DNA from: Candidatus Woesearchaeota archaeon
GTDB lineage: Archaea; Nanobdellota; Nanobdellia; Woesearchaeales; GW2011-AR9
DNA: 64,000 nt
Direction: 5' to 3'
Assembly (NCBI GenBank): GCA_018696595.1
Contig: JABHQW010000008.1
Span: 96,001 to 160,000 of the forward strand
Numbering within the stretch: position 1 is the stretch's first letter; the number at the start of each line of letters is the position of its first letter. Positions 47,931-57,510 of the stretch are shown piece by piece. The notes under the pieces were generated by a model. That model saw only the letters and a list, made by a program, of their open reading frames with translations, had not been told where the DNA came from and did not search any database. Position numbers and translations under genes: made by a program.

Positions 47931-48635
47931 ATGGTTACCAGAACATCTCAAGAAAGATTTAGGACAGATAAAGGAGTCTTTGACGCATTTACTAAAAGAA
48001 ACCTATTTGAGTTACAAAGTAGAGGATTTTACGATGAAATGGTTGGTCCTCTTTTTGTTGGTAAAGAAAGTAATGTGTTCATTGCAAAAAGTAAAAGTAA
48101 GAAAGTAATCATTAAGATCTATCGCGTTCAAAATGCTGATTTTAAAAGAATGTTTCAATATATCAAACAAGACCCACGTTATGATTTTCTTAAAAATAAG
48201 CGCAGAGAAATTATTTTTTCTTGGACACAACGAGAATATAAAAACTTGATAAAAGCAGAAAGAGGAAAAGTTAAGGTTCCAAAAACAATTGTTTGGAAGT
48301 ATAACATTCTAATTGAAGAATTTATTGGTGATGAAAAACCAGCACCACCATTAAAAGATTTGTATCCTGAAGACCCAGAAAAGTTCTTTAAAGAAATTGT
48401 TAAAGAAATGAGAAAGTTGTATAAGATTGGTCTTGTTCATGGAGACTTGTCTGCGTTTAATATTTTAAATTATAACGATAAACCAGTATTAATTGACTTT
48501 TCACAATCAACTTTAGTTAAAACACCAAACTCAGAAGAATTACTTTTGCGAGATGTGAAGAATGTCTTGCAATTTTTTAAAAAATTAGGAATTAAAGCAG
48601 AAATTGAAGAAATAGTGGAAAAGATTAAAAAGTAA
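47931..48635 (+). CDS. rio1: RIO1 serine/threonine kinase
   Basis: 'GKESNVF', 'IKIYR', 'WTQREYKNL', 'LVHGDLSAFNIL', 'LIDFSQS'. Confidence 0.95.
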   Translation: MVTRTSQERFRTDKGVFDAFTKRNLFELQSRGFYDEMVGPLFVGKESNVFIAKSKSKKVIIKIYRVQNADFKRMFQYIKQDPRYDFLKNKRREIIFSWTQREYKNLIKAERGKVKVPKTIVWKYNILIEEFIGDEKPAPPLKDLYPEDPEKFFKEIVKEMRKLYKIGLVHGDLSAFNILNYNDKPVLIDFSQSTLVKTPNSEELLLRDVKNVLQFFKKLGIKAEIEEIVEKIKK

Positions 48636-48655
48636 AGCCCAGAAAACTAATAACA

Positions 48656-49213
48656 ATGGAAGAAAACCAAGAACCTATTGAAACCGGAGACGAATTCTCC
48701 TATGAACTAAAAATCCCTGAAGAAAGGATCGGAGCACTTATTGGAACAGATGGAGAAACTAAAAAACAAATTGAAGAACAAGCGGGTTGCCAATTAGATA
48801 TTTCTAAAGAAGGAGATGTAACAGTTACGGGAAATGATGGAATTAAGTTATATACTGTCAGAGAAATTGTTAAAGCAGTTGGTCGCGGATTTAATCCAGA
48901 TATTGCTTTATTGTTATTAAAACCAGACTACACTCTTGAATTAATTGAATTAAAAGATATTGCCGGAAAAAGTAAAAATACCATGCTTCGATTGAAAGGA
49001 AGAATTATTGGTAAAGGTGGAAAGTCTCGGGAAGAGATTGAAAGATTAACAAACACTTACATTTCTGTTTATGGTAAAACTGTTGGTATTATCGGCGAAG
49101 TTTCTTGGACTGCTTTAGCTCGACAAGCTGTTGGCATGTTACTTGATGGTTCAATGCATCGAACAGTTTACAGATTCTTAGAAAAGAAAAAGAAAGAAAT
49201 GATGTTTGGGTAA
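48656..49213 (+). CDS. KH-domain rRNA-processing protein (Dim2/Pno1-like)
   Basis: 'RIGALIG', 'VKAVGRGF', 'RLKGRIIGKGGK', 'VYGKTVGIIG'. Confidence 0.95.
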   Translation: MEENQEPIETGDEFSYELKIPEERIGALIGTDGETKKQIEEQAGCQLDISKEGDVTVTGNDGIKLYTVREIVKAVGRGFNPDIALLLLKPDYTLELIELKDIAGKSKNTMLRLKGRIIGKGGKSREEIERLTNTYISVYGKTVGIIGEVSWTALARQAVGMLLDGSMHRTVYRFLEKKKKEMMFG

Positions 49214-49241
49214 AGAATTAAAATAATTTATTTTTAGAGTA

Positions 49242-50675
49242 TTAACGACGACTTTTTACAGATTTCTCAGATGACAAAGGTGAACATTCCCAATCTTTAG
49301 AACTACAAATTAACCCATCTTCAAACCTACAGGCTTCTTTTTCACTAGGGTTGCAACATTTTCCCCCTAAAGGGCCAACTTTATTGCCTTCATAACAATC
49401 AAGATCCTGACAATCTATTAAGCCATCATCATCATTATCCTCTTTATCATAACATTCGTACCAATGTTCTTTTGTACCACAATCCCCATTACCTTCACAA
49501 TCTTCGTCTGCACAATCAATTAGTTTATCATCATCATTATCTTTACTATCATCACATAATTCTCCTTGAGTAAATGATACTTTATCTTCACAACTTTTAG
49601 TAGTTTCATCCCAATTACAAACTTGATTTGTTTTCTTATCTAAATAAGCGCTTCCGCAATCTTCTTGATTTAACATACATTCACAATCTTTACAGGCAAC
49701 TTTAAGAACCATCTTTTGAATTGTTTCTTTCAACTTATCACAATCATCAAGACCTTTATGATTAACACCATTACAAGTAGGAACAGTCTCAATTTTTTCA
49801 CTTTGAGCTACGTCCCATGTTTCTTTATTCACATCAACGTGAATGTCCATTGGAACTTCTGAATCACCTTTAAAATAACCGACAACACCAGTGTGATCAT
49901 CCTGCATAGTTTGATGAAATACCAATAAATTTTTAACGTTATCTTTAAATTCCAATCCTTCTGAGATGCCACCAGCAAAACCTTCAGATTTAAGACAGCT
50001 CATGTCTACGCCAACAAAATATTCGATATCTTTATTCTTTAATTTGTTACTCTTGGCTGCTTTAGTACCAGAAACCGCATGTTGTAACTTACAACCACCC
50101 ATGCTTTTTCCAATTAAGAAAATTTTTGTGGGTTTACCACTTTTTTCTTTCATTTCTTCAGCTAATTCAGCAATATTATCAGATAAGATTCCCGAATTGG
50201 TATGAACCCCAGCATAACTTGAAATACAATAGATATTGTCATATGTTGGAAGATTGGGGTTCCCATTTTTATAAAAAAAGTCCTCACAGAACCACTTAAA
50301 AATACTTTTACCGCCCCCATACGAAGTAGAAGCTCCACCTAATGCAACTACTAAAATATTTTGTTCATTAGTAGGTTTTGGACGGTGATTCCAATAATGA
50401 TTTATGGTACCTCTTTTCTCACAAGCATGCCAATTTTCCCCATAACCATTCCAATGTTTCATCCCAGTATAATCTTCACCACAATTATATATGGTAGAAC
50501 AATGACTACAATGAGATTCTTGGTTACACCATTCATTACAAATTTTTTTATTTTCTAAACCCGCATCAATCCAAGAACCCATACCCACCAAGTTTTTATT
50601 AACCATTACAATTAATATTGTTAAAGCTAAAATAGAAATAATAATTGTAATAACAATCCTCTTCTTTTCATCCAT
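49242..50675 (-). CDS. Membrane-anchored, Cys-rich surface protein with an alpha/beta-hydrolase-like domain and Asp/Cys repeats
   Basis: N-terminal TM; GxSxG 'LIGKSMGG'; two repeats 'CDDSKDNDDDKLIDCADEDC' and 'CYDKEDNDDDGLIDCQDLDC'. Confidence 0.7.
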   Translation of the reverse strand: MDEKKRIVITIIISILALTILIVMVNKNLVGMGSWIDAGLENKKICNEWCNQESHCSHCSTIYNCGEDYTGMKHWNGYGENWHACEKRGTINHYWNHRPKPTNEQNILVVALGGASTSYGGGKSIFKWFCEDFFYKNGNPNLPTYDNIYCISSYAGVHTNSGILSDNIAELAEEMKEKSGKPTKIFLIGKSMGGCKLQHAVSGTKAAKSNKLKNKDIEYFVGVDMSCLKSEGFAGGISEGLEFKDNVKNLLVFHQTMQDDHTGVVGYFKGDSEVPMDIHVDVNKETWDVAQSEKIETVPTCNGVNHKGLDDCDKLKETIQKMVLKVACKDCECMLNQEDCGSAYLDKKTNQVCNWDETTKSCEDKVSFTQGELCDDSKDNDDDKLIDCADEDCEGNGDCGTKEHWYECYDKEDNDDDGLIDCQDLDCYEGNKVGPLGGKCCNPSEKEACRFEDGLICSSKDWECSPLSSEKSVKSRR

Positions 50676-50776
50676 ATTTCTGGGTAAATTAAACAGATTT
50701 ATAATGTTTTCTTAAATAAGATCTTTCTTCAACTTCACCAAAACTTTAATAAAACCTACCTTTTTCTCAACAATCA

Positions 50777-52513
50777 ATGGTTCAGAAAACTGCAGAAGAT
50801 TTAGCAAAGAAACAGAAACAGATCTCTATTGCGGAATTCTTTGAGAAAAATAGACACTTACTAGGTTTTGATAATCCTAGAAAAGCTTTACTAATTGCAG
50901 TAAAAGAAGCAGTAGATAATGCTTTAGATGCGTGTGAAGAAGCAAGAATTTTACCTGAAATAAACGTAGAACTGATTCAACTTTCAGATGATCGTTTCAG
51001 AATGATTGTTGAAGATAACGGACCAGGAATTATTGAAAAACAAATTCCAAAAATATTTGCTAAGCTTTTATATGGGAGCAAATTTCATAAATTATCATCT
51101 ACAAGAGGACAGCAAGGTATCGGAATTTCTGCTACACTTCTTTACGGACAATTGACTACCGGAAAACCAGCTTTGATTACTTCTAAGATTGGAAAGAATC
51201 AACCAGCACATCAAATCAAACTTAAAATTAATACGCAAACAAATAATCCGGACGTTGTTTCAAGTACAACTGTTGAATGGGATGAAAAAGAACATGGCAC
51301 CAGAATAGAAATTGATATGGAAGGAGCTTATTTAAAAGGAAAACAGTCTGTTGATGAATATTTAAAACAAACAGCAATCGTTAATCCTCATTTAACGTTA
51401 ATTTATACTAATCCAAATGCAGAACAGTTTATCTTCCCAAGAGCCACAGAAAGTTTGCCTGCAGAAGTTAAAGAAATTAAACCACATCCTTATGGGGTAG
51501 AGTTGGGAAGATTAATCAAGATGTTAGATCTGACCTCTGCAAAATCTTTACAACAATTCTTAACAACAGAATTTGTTCGTGTAGGGGGTGGAACTGCAAA
51601 AACAATTTGTGAAAATTCCGCATTACTACCAAAAACAAGACCCGGAAGAGTTAGTAGAGATATGGCTGAACAACTTTTCAATGGAATTAAAAAAACCAAA
51701 ATCATTTCGCCACCAACCGATTGTATTTCTCCAATTGGTGAAGAAGAGTTAGAGAAAGGATTACGAAAAGAAATCAATGCTGAATTTTATTGTTCCACTA
51801 CAAGAAATCCTTCTGTTTACCGGGGAAATCCATTTATTATTGAAGCCGCAATGGCTTTTGGCGGAGAACAACCAGCAGATAAAACTGTAAGAATAATGCG
51901 ATTTGCTAATCGTGTTCCTTTATTATATCAACAAGGAGCTTGTGCAATCACTAATTCCTTGATGCATACTTCCTGGCGATCTTATGGATTAAACCAAAGT
52001 AAGAATTCTATTCCTGTTGGCCCTTGTACAATTGTAGTACATATGACTTCTGTTTGGGTCCCATTTACAAGCGAATCTAAAGAAGCACTTGCCCAGTATA
52101 ATGAGATTGTTAGAGAAATAAAGTTTGCTTTGCAAGAATGTGGAAGAAAACTTGCTAGTTTTGTTAACAAGAAAAGAAGAATTAAAGATGAAGGTAAAAA
52201 AAGAAGTTATATTGAGAAATATATTCCTCATGTTGCTGAAGCATTACATGAATTATTAGGTTTAGATGAAATTAGTAAGAAAAAGATTGAAGATGATTTA
52301 TGTGAGATTTTAGAACATACTAGAGGAGAATTAGAAGAAATTAAAGTGGACAATCCAGATTATGATCCCGAATTGGCTAAAATTGGTAAAGAAGAGAAAG
52401 AAAAGAAGGAAGAAAAAGAAGAATCTGAAAGTGAAACAGGAAAAGAAAGTAAAGAAGACAAGAATGATAAAGTTAAAGACAAAAAGAAGCCTGGACAACA
52501 GAAGTTAATGTAA
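50777..52513 (+). CDS. top6B: DNA topoisomerase VI subunit B
   Basis: '[10 protein letters not shown]', '[10 protein letters not shown]', 'EDNGPGI', 'RGQQGIGIS', '[10 protein letters not shown]'. Confidence 0.98.
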   Translation: MVQKTAEDLAKKQKQISIAEFFEKNRHLLGFDNPRKALLIAVKEAVDNALDACEEARILPEINVELIQLSDDRFRMIVEDNGPGIIEKQIPKIFAKLLYGSKFHKLSSTRGQQGIGISATLLYGQLTTGKPALITSKIGKNQPAHQIKLKINTQTNNPDVVSSTTVEWDEKEHGTRIEIDMEGAYLKGKQSVDEYLKQTAIVNPHLTLIYTNPNAEQFIFPRATESLPAEVKEIKPHPYGVELGRLIKMLDLTSAKSLQQFLTTEFVRVGGGTAKTICENSALLPKTRPGRVSRDMAEQLFNGIKKTKIISPPTDCISPIGEEELEKGLRKEINAEFYCSTTRNPSVYRGNPFIIEAAMAFGGEQPADKTVRIMRFANRVPLLYQQGACAITNSLMHTSWRSYGLNQSKNSIPVGPCTIVVHMTSVWVPFTSESKEALAQYNEIVREIKFALQECGRKLASFVNKKRRIKDEGKKRSYIEKYIPHVAEALHELLGLDEISKKKIEDDLCEILEHTRGELEEIKVDNPDYDPELAKIGKEEKEKKEEKEESESETGKESKEDKNDKVKDKKKPGQQKLM

Positions 52514-52521
52514 ATAATAAA

Positions 52522-53616
52522 ATGGCAAAAAAAACAGATAACGTTGTAGAAAAAATTCAAGAGATAGCTAAAGACATTTACAACAAAATTAAACTAATTA
52601 AGCAACCTGAATTAGTAATGCCAATCAGAGCTTTAAGTAACGTTGAGTATAATGAAAAAGAAGGATATTTCAAAATCATGGATAAAATTAAGTCACGAAC
52701 ATTAACTGCTTCTACCATCAAAACTTTTGCTCAAACATTGAGGATGATGGGTCTTTCAAAAGAACTTATAGAAAAAAATGATATTGCTACCAAAAGAGAA
52801 GCCTATTATGTTTCTAAAAATTGGGGGGATGCCCGTTTTAAAGAACAACCGGAATCAGATACAGTCATGGATGATATTGAAGCAATGATGCGTGTTAATC
52901 GTGAACAAATCGGTTTTATCCCCGGCGAAAAAGGTGGTGCAGTTGCTGGTAAGTTAACAGTGATTGATGTTGATCAAGATACAAAAAAAGAATTAAAAAT
53001 TGATTGCACTAAATTTGGAAGTGGGGCATATGCAATCCCTTCTTCAGTTGAACATTTAAAATTTGAAACTAATGCTAAATTTGTATTGGCAATTGAAACT
53101 GCGGGTATGTTTGAACGGCTTAACAAACATAAATATTGGAAAAAAACTAATTGTATTATTATAGCAATGTCTGGAGTTCCTACAAGAGCAACAAGAAGAT
53201 TTATGAGAAAACTAGCTGATGAAAACAAGTTACCAGTTTATGTATTTACAGATGGTGACCCTTACGGATATTTTAGTATTTATCGGACTCTTAAAGTTGG
53301 TTCAGGAAATGCTGCCCATATCAATAAATTTTTCTGTGTGCCAAATGCTCGTTTTATTGGGGTTACGCCCCAAGATATTGAAGATTATAAATTGCCAACT
53401 CATCCATTGAAAGAAGTTGATTTCAAAAAAATCAAAGATGTTATTAAGAATGATCCATTCTGTAAACATCATAAAGAATGGCAAAAAGCTCTTCAAAAAA
53501 TGGCAAAAATGAAAGTTAGGGTTGAACAGCAAGCTTTTTCGGCACATAGTTTGAACTTTGTAATGGAAACATACTTACCTAAGAAATTGAAAGATCAAAA
53601 GACGTGGTTACCATGA
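52522..53616 (+). CDS. top6A: DNA topoisomerase VI subunit A
   Basis: 'ATKREAYY' (catalytic Tyr), 'LAIET', 'GVPTRATR', 'FTDGDPYG', 'EQQA'. Confidence 0.98.
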   Translation: MAKKTDNVVEKIQEIAKDIYNKIKLIKQPELVMPIRALSNVEYNEKEGYFKIMDKIKSRTLTASTIKTFAQTLRMMGLSKELIEKNDIATKREAYYVSKNWGDARFKEQPESDTVMDDIEAMMRVNREQIGFIPGEKGGAVAGKLTVIDVDQDTKKELKIDCTKFGSGAYAIPSSVEHLKFETNAKFVLAIETAGMFERLNKHKYWKKTNCIIIAMSGVPTRATRRFMRKLADENKLPVYVFTDGDPYGYFSIYRTLKVGSGNAAHINKFFCVPNARFIGVTPQDIEDYKLPTHPLKEVDFKKIKDVIKNDPFCKHHKEWQKALQKMAKMKVRVEQQAFSAHSLNFVMETYLPKKLKDQKTWLP

Positions 53617-53993
53617 TGATTAAAATAGAAAAAATAGAACAGTATTATGGTGGCGAAAGAGGTAGCTCTTTCTTTGCCAAAAATGAAGGCAGACCCTTGA
53701 TTTCTATTCTTAAAAGAAACAAAGGAACTGTTTCTGGCCATCATTATCATACCGAAAAGACAAAAGGTAAAAACCCAGAAGTTTTTGTTTTAATTTCTGG
53801 AAAGATGGAATTATATGTTGAGGATATCAAAACCAAAGAATCACAAACCCATATTATTGAAGAAAATACCTTGTTTGAAATCCCCCCATATATTTATCAT
53901 GAAGTTAAAGCAATAACAGATTTTGTTGCTTTAGAATTTAATGTTTCTATGGAAGACCAAACAAATGTAATTGAAGGCAAAGAATTACAATGA
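53604..53993 (+). CDS. Cupin-fold protein
   Basis: 'GHHYH...E' and 'PPYIYHEV' cupin motifs. Confidence 0.8.
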   Translation: MVTMMIKIEKIEQYYGGERGSSFFAKNEGRPLISILKRNKGTVSGHHYHTEKTKGKNPEVFVLISGKMELYVEDIKTKESQTHIIEENTLFEIPPYIYHEVKAITDFVALEFNVSMEDQTNVIEGKELQ

Positions 53994-54541
53994 AAAAAAT
54001 ATTAATAATCGGATTAATGGTAATAACTTTATTCTTATTATCATGTGGGGGAGAAAAAATGACAAACAAAACAGCAACATTTCATACTACATTAGGAACA
54101 TTTGAAATTGAATTATTTGAAGAACAAATGCCAATTACTACAAAGAACTTTATTGCTTTAGCAGAAAAAGGGTTCTATGACGATACTAAATTTCATCGTG
54201 TTATTTCTGGATTTATGATCCAGGGCGGAGACCCATTATCTAAAGATAACTCCAAGAAACACATGTGGGGCACTGGTGATCCAGGATATAAAATCAAAGA
54301 TGAATTTGGCGATGTTGGAAACAATAAAGGAACAATATCTATGGCTAATTCAGGACCAAATTCTGGTGGAAGTCAATTCTTTGTTAATTTAGTTAACAAT
54401 AATTTTCTGGATTCAAAACATCCAGTTTTTGGTAAAGTAACCAATGGGATGAATATTGTAGAAAATATTGGCAAAGTTCAAACAGCTCAAGCTGATCAAC
54501 CAGTTGAAGATGTAGTTATTGAAAAAATTGTAATTTCTTAA
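53990..54541 (+). CDS. Cyclophilin-type peptidylprolyl isomerase with N-terminal signal
   Basis: 'FHRVISGFMIQGGDP', 'SMANSGPNSGGSQFF', 'HPVFGKV'. Confidence 0.96.
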   Translation: MKKILIIGLMVITLFLLSCGGEKMTNKTATFHTTLGTFEIELFEEQMPITTKNFIALAEKGFYDDTKFHRVISGFMIQGGDPLSKDNSKKHMWGTGDPGYKIKDEFGDVGNNKGTISMANSGPNSGGSQFFVNLVNNNFLDSKHPVFGKVTNGMNIVENIGKVQTAQADQPVEDVVIEKIVIS

Positions 54542-55173
54542 TTTTTAATTTCTTTCTTTAATCCAATAATCATTTCTTTGTAAGAGCTCAGTTCTTTAGA
54601 AACAGTGATTTGTTTTAAATTTTGATTCTCAAAACCAGTATCACTAATGATAACTCCATTTTCATTTAGTTTACTTAAAATCTTATTTTCATAATCGAAA
54701 ATGTAATCTCGCATAATTCTAAATGCTTTTTCAAAATAAATATCATAACTTTGTAATTCAGAGAAATGATTTTCTATCTTTTTCATAACAAAGGTTAAAG
54801 TGATGAGTTTATGATTCCAGTGAAATTGAATTTGACTTTTATCTTCTGAGAAACTAATTCCCACTTCATCTAAAATTGTTTTAATCATCCCCAGGTTATT
54901 ATCCTCGTCAACAAATGTAAGATTAGCTTTGTTTAATTGCGGGAATAGTTTATCTAAATAAATTAGTGGAAATAGAATATCCGTACCACAACCAGGGTAA
55001 AGTAAAGAGATTTCTGTTTTTTCAAAGGGGATGCTTATTTTGTTTAATAATTCCAAATTTTGATAATCATCTTCAAAGAAGTAACTCTTAAGTTTTTCTT
55101 GGTTAATTTTGTTGTTAGAGTTTAGCCCTTTTGCTTCAACCTTCTTTTCTTCATAAATTATTAAGTTTGGCAT
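54538..55173 (-). CDS. Hypothetical protein, possibly SAM-methyltransferase fold
   Basis: 'LLYPGCGTD' resembles class I motif I; otherwise unrecognised. Confidence 0.5.
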   Translation of the reverse strand: MPNLIIYEEKKVEAKGLNSNNKINQEKLKSYFFEDDYQNLELLNKISIPFEKTEISLLYPGCGTDILFPLIYLDKLFPQLNKANLTFVDEDNNLGMIKTILDEVGISFSEDKSQIQFHWNHKLITLTFVMKKIENHFSELQSYDIYFEKAFRIMRDYIFDYENKILSKLNENGVIISDTGFENQNLKQITVSKELSSYKEMIIGLKKEIKN

Positions 55174-55272
55174 TGATTAAACTTAACTTAGAAATATACA
55201 TAAAAAACTTTCTATTTTTTGTAGATTTCAAACGAAATGTTTAAAAGTTACCACCAGATTTAATCATTTAAT

Positions 55273-55389
55273 GGGCCTGTAGCCTAGCCTGGATAGGGCG
55301 CCAGCCTTCTAAGCTGGATACCGTGGGTTCGAATATCTTACAGGGAGACTACAAATCTTCCTGAAGATTTGAAAGTCCCTCCAGGCCCA
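55273..55389 (+). tRNA. tRNA-Arg(UCU) with a 42-nt intron in the T-loop (59/60)
   Basis: Acceptor GGGCCUG/CAGGCCC-A; anticodon CCAGC-CU-UCU-AA-GCUGG; T-loop UUCGAA|U interrupted by 55334-55375; UUCG(54-57) pairs with intron UGAA, forming a bulge-helix-bulge. Confidence 0.9.
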
Positions 55390-55405
55390 TTTTACATTTC
55401 TAAAG

Positions 55406-55435
55406 CCACTAGACACACTCGACAACCTCAGGCAA
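55406..55435 (+). repeat. 30-bp dispersed motif, copy B (upstream of the LAGLIDADG promoter)
   Basis: ccactagacacactcgacaacctcaggcaa; 25/30 identical to 37803-37832; followed by 'agcttattaa' (TATA-like). Confidence 0.8.
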
Positions 55436-55510
55436 AGCTTATTAATTATTAATACTCATTTTAATTCACTCTTTATTTTTTCAATTATGTAAAACAAAGA
55501 GGTGATTGAA

Positions 55511-56221
55511 ATGGAATTTAACTTATATGAATTCATTGGCGTAATGATTGGAGACGGTTGTTTAATGGATTATCCCCATCTAAGAGCATATAGGGTTGAA
55601 ATAACGGGCAATGTAGTTGAGGAAAGAGATTATTATGAAAATATTTCTATTTTTCTTCAAAAAGAATTTAACCTCACACCAAAAGTATTTGAACGTTCTT
55701 ATAAAGATGGATCAAAAGGATTAAAGCTAATTGTTAATAATAAGAGATTTGTCTACTTCTTGAAAAATGAATATGGTTTTACAAATAATAAAACATACAC
55801 GGTAGAAATTCCTAATCATTTAATGACTTGGGACAAGTCAAAACATATTTTGAGAGGGATTTTTGAAACTGATGGGTGTCTTTATTTCTCTAAATCCAGA
55901 GTTACAACCAACAAACCCACTTATCCTCGTTTAGAAATTACTACAGTAAGTGTTAAATTAGCCAATCAAATTGTCAAAATATTAAAAGAAAACGGATTTT
56001 CTGTTCAAAACCATAAAAATCGTTCATCAACAGTGATTTATTTAAGTGGGGCAGAAATGCTTCAAAAATGGATAACGGAAATTGGATTTAGTAGTAACAA
56101 AAATTGGAGTAAATATTATTTGTGGAAAAAATTGGGTTATTATATCCCAAGAATCACTCTTCCCGAAAGGCTCTCTCTTTTGGAAAGTAAAGACTTACAA
56201 ATAATACCAGAAATTATATAA
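55511..56221 (+). CDS. Free-standing double-motif LAGLIDADG endonuclease-like protein
   Basis: 'YEFIGVMIGDGCL' and 'ILRGIFETDGCL'; SD GAGGTGA precedes the ATG at 55511. Confidence 0.88.
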   Translation: MEFNLYEFIGVMIGDGCLMDYPHLRAYRVEITGNVVEERDYYENISIFLQKEFNLTPKVFERSYKDGSKGLKLIVNNKRFVYFLKNEYGFTNNKTYTVEIPNHLMTWDKSKHILRGIFETDGCLYFSKSRVTTNKPTYPRLEITTVSVKLANQIVKILKENGFSVQNHKNRSSTVIYLSGAEMLQKWITEIGFSSNKNWSKYYLWKKLGYYIPRITLPERLSLLESKDLQIIPEII

Positions 56222-56248
56222 ATAACACTAATTCTAACCAATTGTCAA

Positions 56249-56321
56249 GGGTCCGTGGCAAAGTGGCTAATGCGAGAGCCTGCAGAGCTTTAGATCGAGG
56301 GTTCGAGTCCCTCCGGGCCCT
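56249..56321 (+). tRNA. tRNA-Cys(GCA)
   Basis: GGGUCCG/CGGGCCC-U73; anticodon AGAGC-CU-GCA-GA-GCUUU; T-arm GAGGG-UUCGAGU-CCCUC. Confidence 0.96.
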
Positions 56322-56379
56322 TTTTATTCTTTTTTTTTAACTCACAAAATTTATTAACCCCCTAATTCTAAACAAAAAT

Positions 56380-57057
56380 ATGACTTTAATCAAAGAATCT
56401 TTTCAAAGATTATTTCCAGAAAGAGAGTTTAAGTATAAAACTTATCTGGAGTATAATCGCAGATTAGGAAATTTTAATGCCAATATTAAATATGATTACA
56501 ATAAAATATCAATTCATCTTAATTTACAGTGGAAAGATATTGAGGATGAGATTAAAATTGGCTTAATTCAAACATTATTGGTCAAAGTCTTTAAAACTAA
56601 AAAGAGACAAACCTCTAACATTAATTTATATAATAATTTCATCAAGAATATTCCGACGTTAACAGAAAAAATTCATTCTAATCCAATTCTTGAATCTTCT
56701 TTCCATCGTGTTAATAATGGGTTCTTCTTCAACCAAATTGAAAAACCAAACTTAAAGTGGGGCACAGATTCAAGAAGAAAATTAGCCTCATATAATTTTC
56801 ATGATGATACTGTAACTGTTTCTACCATCTTTAAAGAATCAAGAGAAGAATTGTTGGATTACTTAATGTATCATGAATTACTACATAAATATCATAAATT
56901 TAATCATAAAAATGGTAGAAGTTTCTTCCATACTAAACAATTTAAAGCGGACGAGAATCTTTATCCGGATAAAGAAGCTTTGGAAAGAGAAATTAGTAAG
57001 ATTATAAGAAATTCTAGAGTGCCTAAGAAGAAAGAGTTATTTTCTTTTTTTAAATGA
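56380..57057 (+). CDS. SprT/YgjP-like zinc metallopeptidase
   Basis: 'YLMYHELLH' HExxH; 'H...F' C-terminal pattern. Confidence 0.8.
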   Translation: MTLIKESFQRLFPEREFKYKTYLEYNRRLGNFNANIKYDYNKISIHLNLQWKDIEDEIKIGLIQTLLVKVFKTKKRQTSNINLYNNFIKNIPTLTEKIHSNPILESSFHRVNNGFFFNQIEKPNLKWGTDSRRKLASYNFHDDTVTVSTIFKESREELLDYLMYHELLHKYHKFNHKNGRSFFHTKQFKADENLYPDKEALEREISKIIRNSRVPKKKELFSFFK

Positions 57058-57075
57058 TTCATAAGATTTATTAAT

Positions 57076-57227
57076 AAAACCCAGGAAAAATAAGAAAATA
57101 AAGCCAAAAATCCCGCAACAATACAGAAATCTAAAATTTAACAAAGATTAAATTTTAGGTCCTAAAAACAGTTGTTTTTAGAAAACAAAGATTTTTCTGG
57201 GGTTTAAGAATTTACAGCGTAAATTCT
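57076..57227. repeat. Cluster of nested palindromes upstream of the histone promoter
   Basis: ctaaaatttaa/ttaaattttag (57131-58), ctaaaaaca/tgtttttag (57162-81), agaatttac/gtaaattct (57207-27); outer arms 57076-91/57191-205. Confidence 0.8.
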
Positions 57228-57264
57228 CGAAACCTTTAAAAAGAGGGCTAATTTATCCATCCCT

Positions 57265-57477
57265 ATGGTAAAAAAGAAGTTTCTATCCCATAATGCAATG
57301 GATAAAATCATGCGTGAAGCTGGCGCTTTAAGAGTTTCAGATGATGCAAAAGCAACCCTTGCAGAGGTTTTAGAAAAAAAGGCATTAGAAATATCAGCAG
57401 AAGCAAAAAAGATGGCTGAACACGCTGGTAGAAAAACAGTAACAGAAAAAGATATCCATTTAGCAAATAAAGAATAA
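57265..57477 (+). CDS. Archaeal histone (HMf-like)
   Basis: 'MDKIMREAGALRVSDDAKATLAEVLE...AKKMAEHAGRKTVTEKDI'. Confidence 0.96.
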   Translation: MVKKKFLSHNAMDKIMREAGALRVSDDAKATLAEVLEKKALEISAEAKKMAEHAGRKTVTEKDIHLANKE

Positions 57478-57510
57478 ACAAATAATAATCAATTAGGAAG
57501 GTGGTTTACT

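Noticed and set aside
52380-52510. K/E-rich repeats at the Top6B C-terminus (and the L31e tail) as a possible repeat element
   Set aside because: In-frame low-complexity protein tails, not DNA repeats
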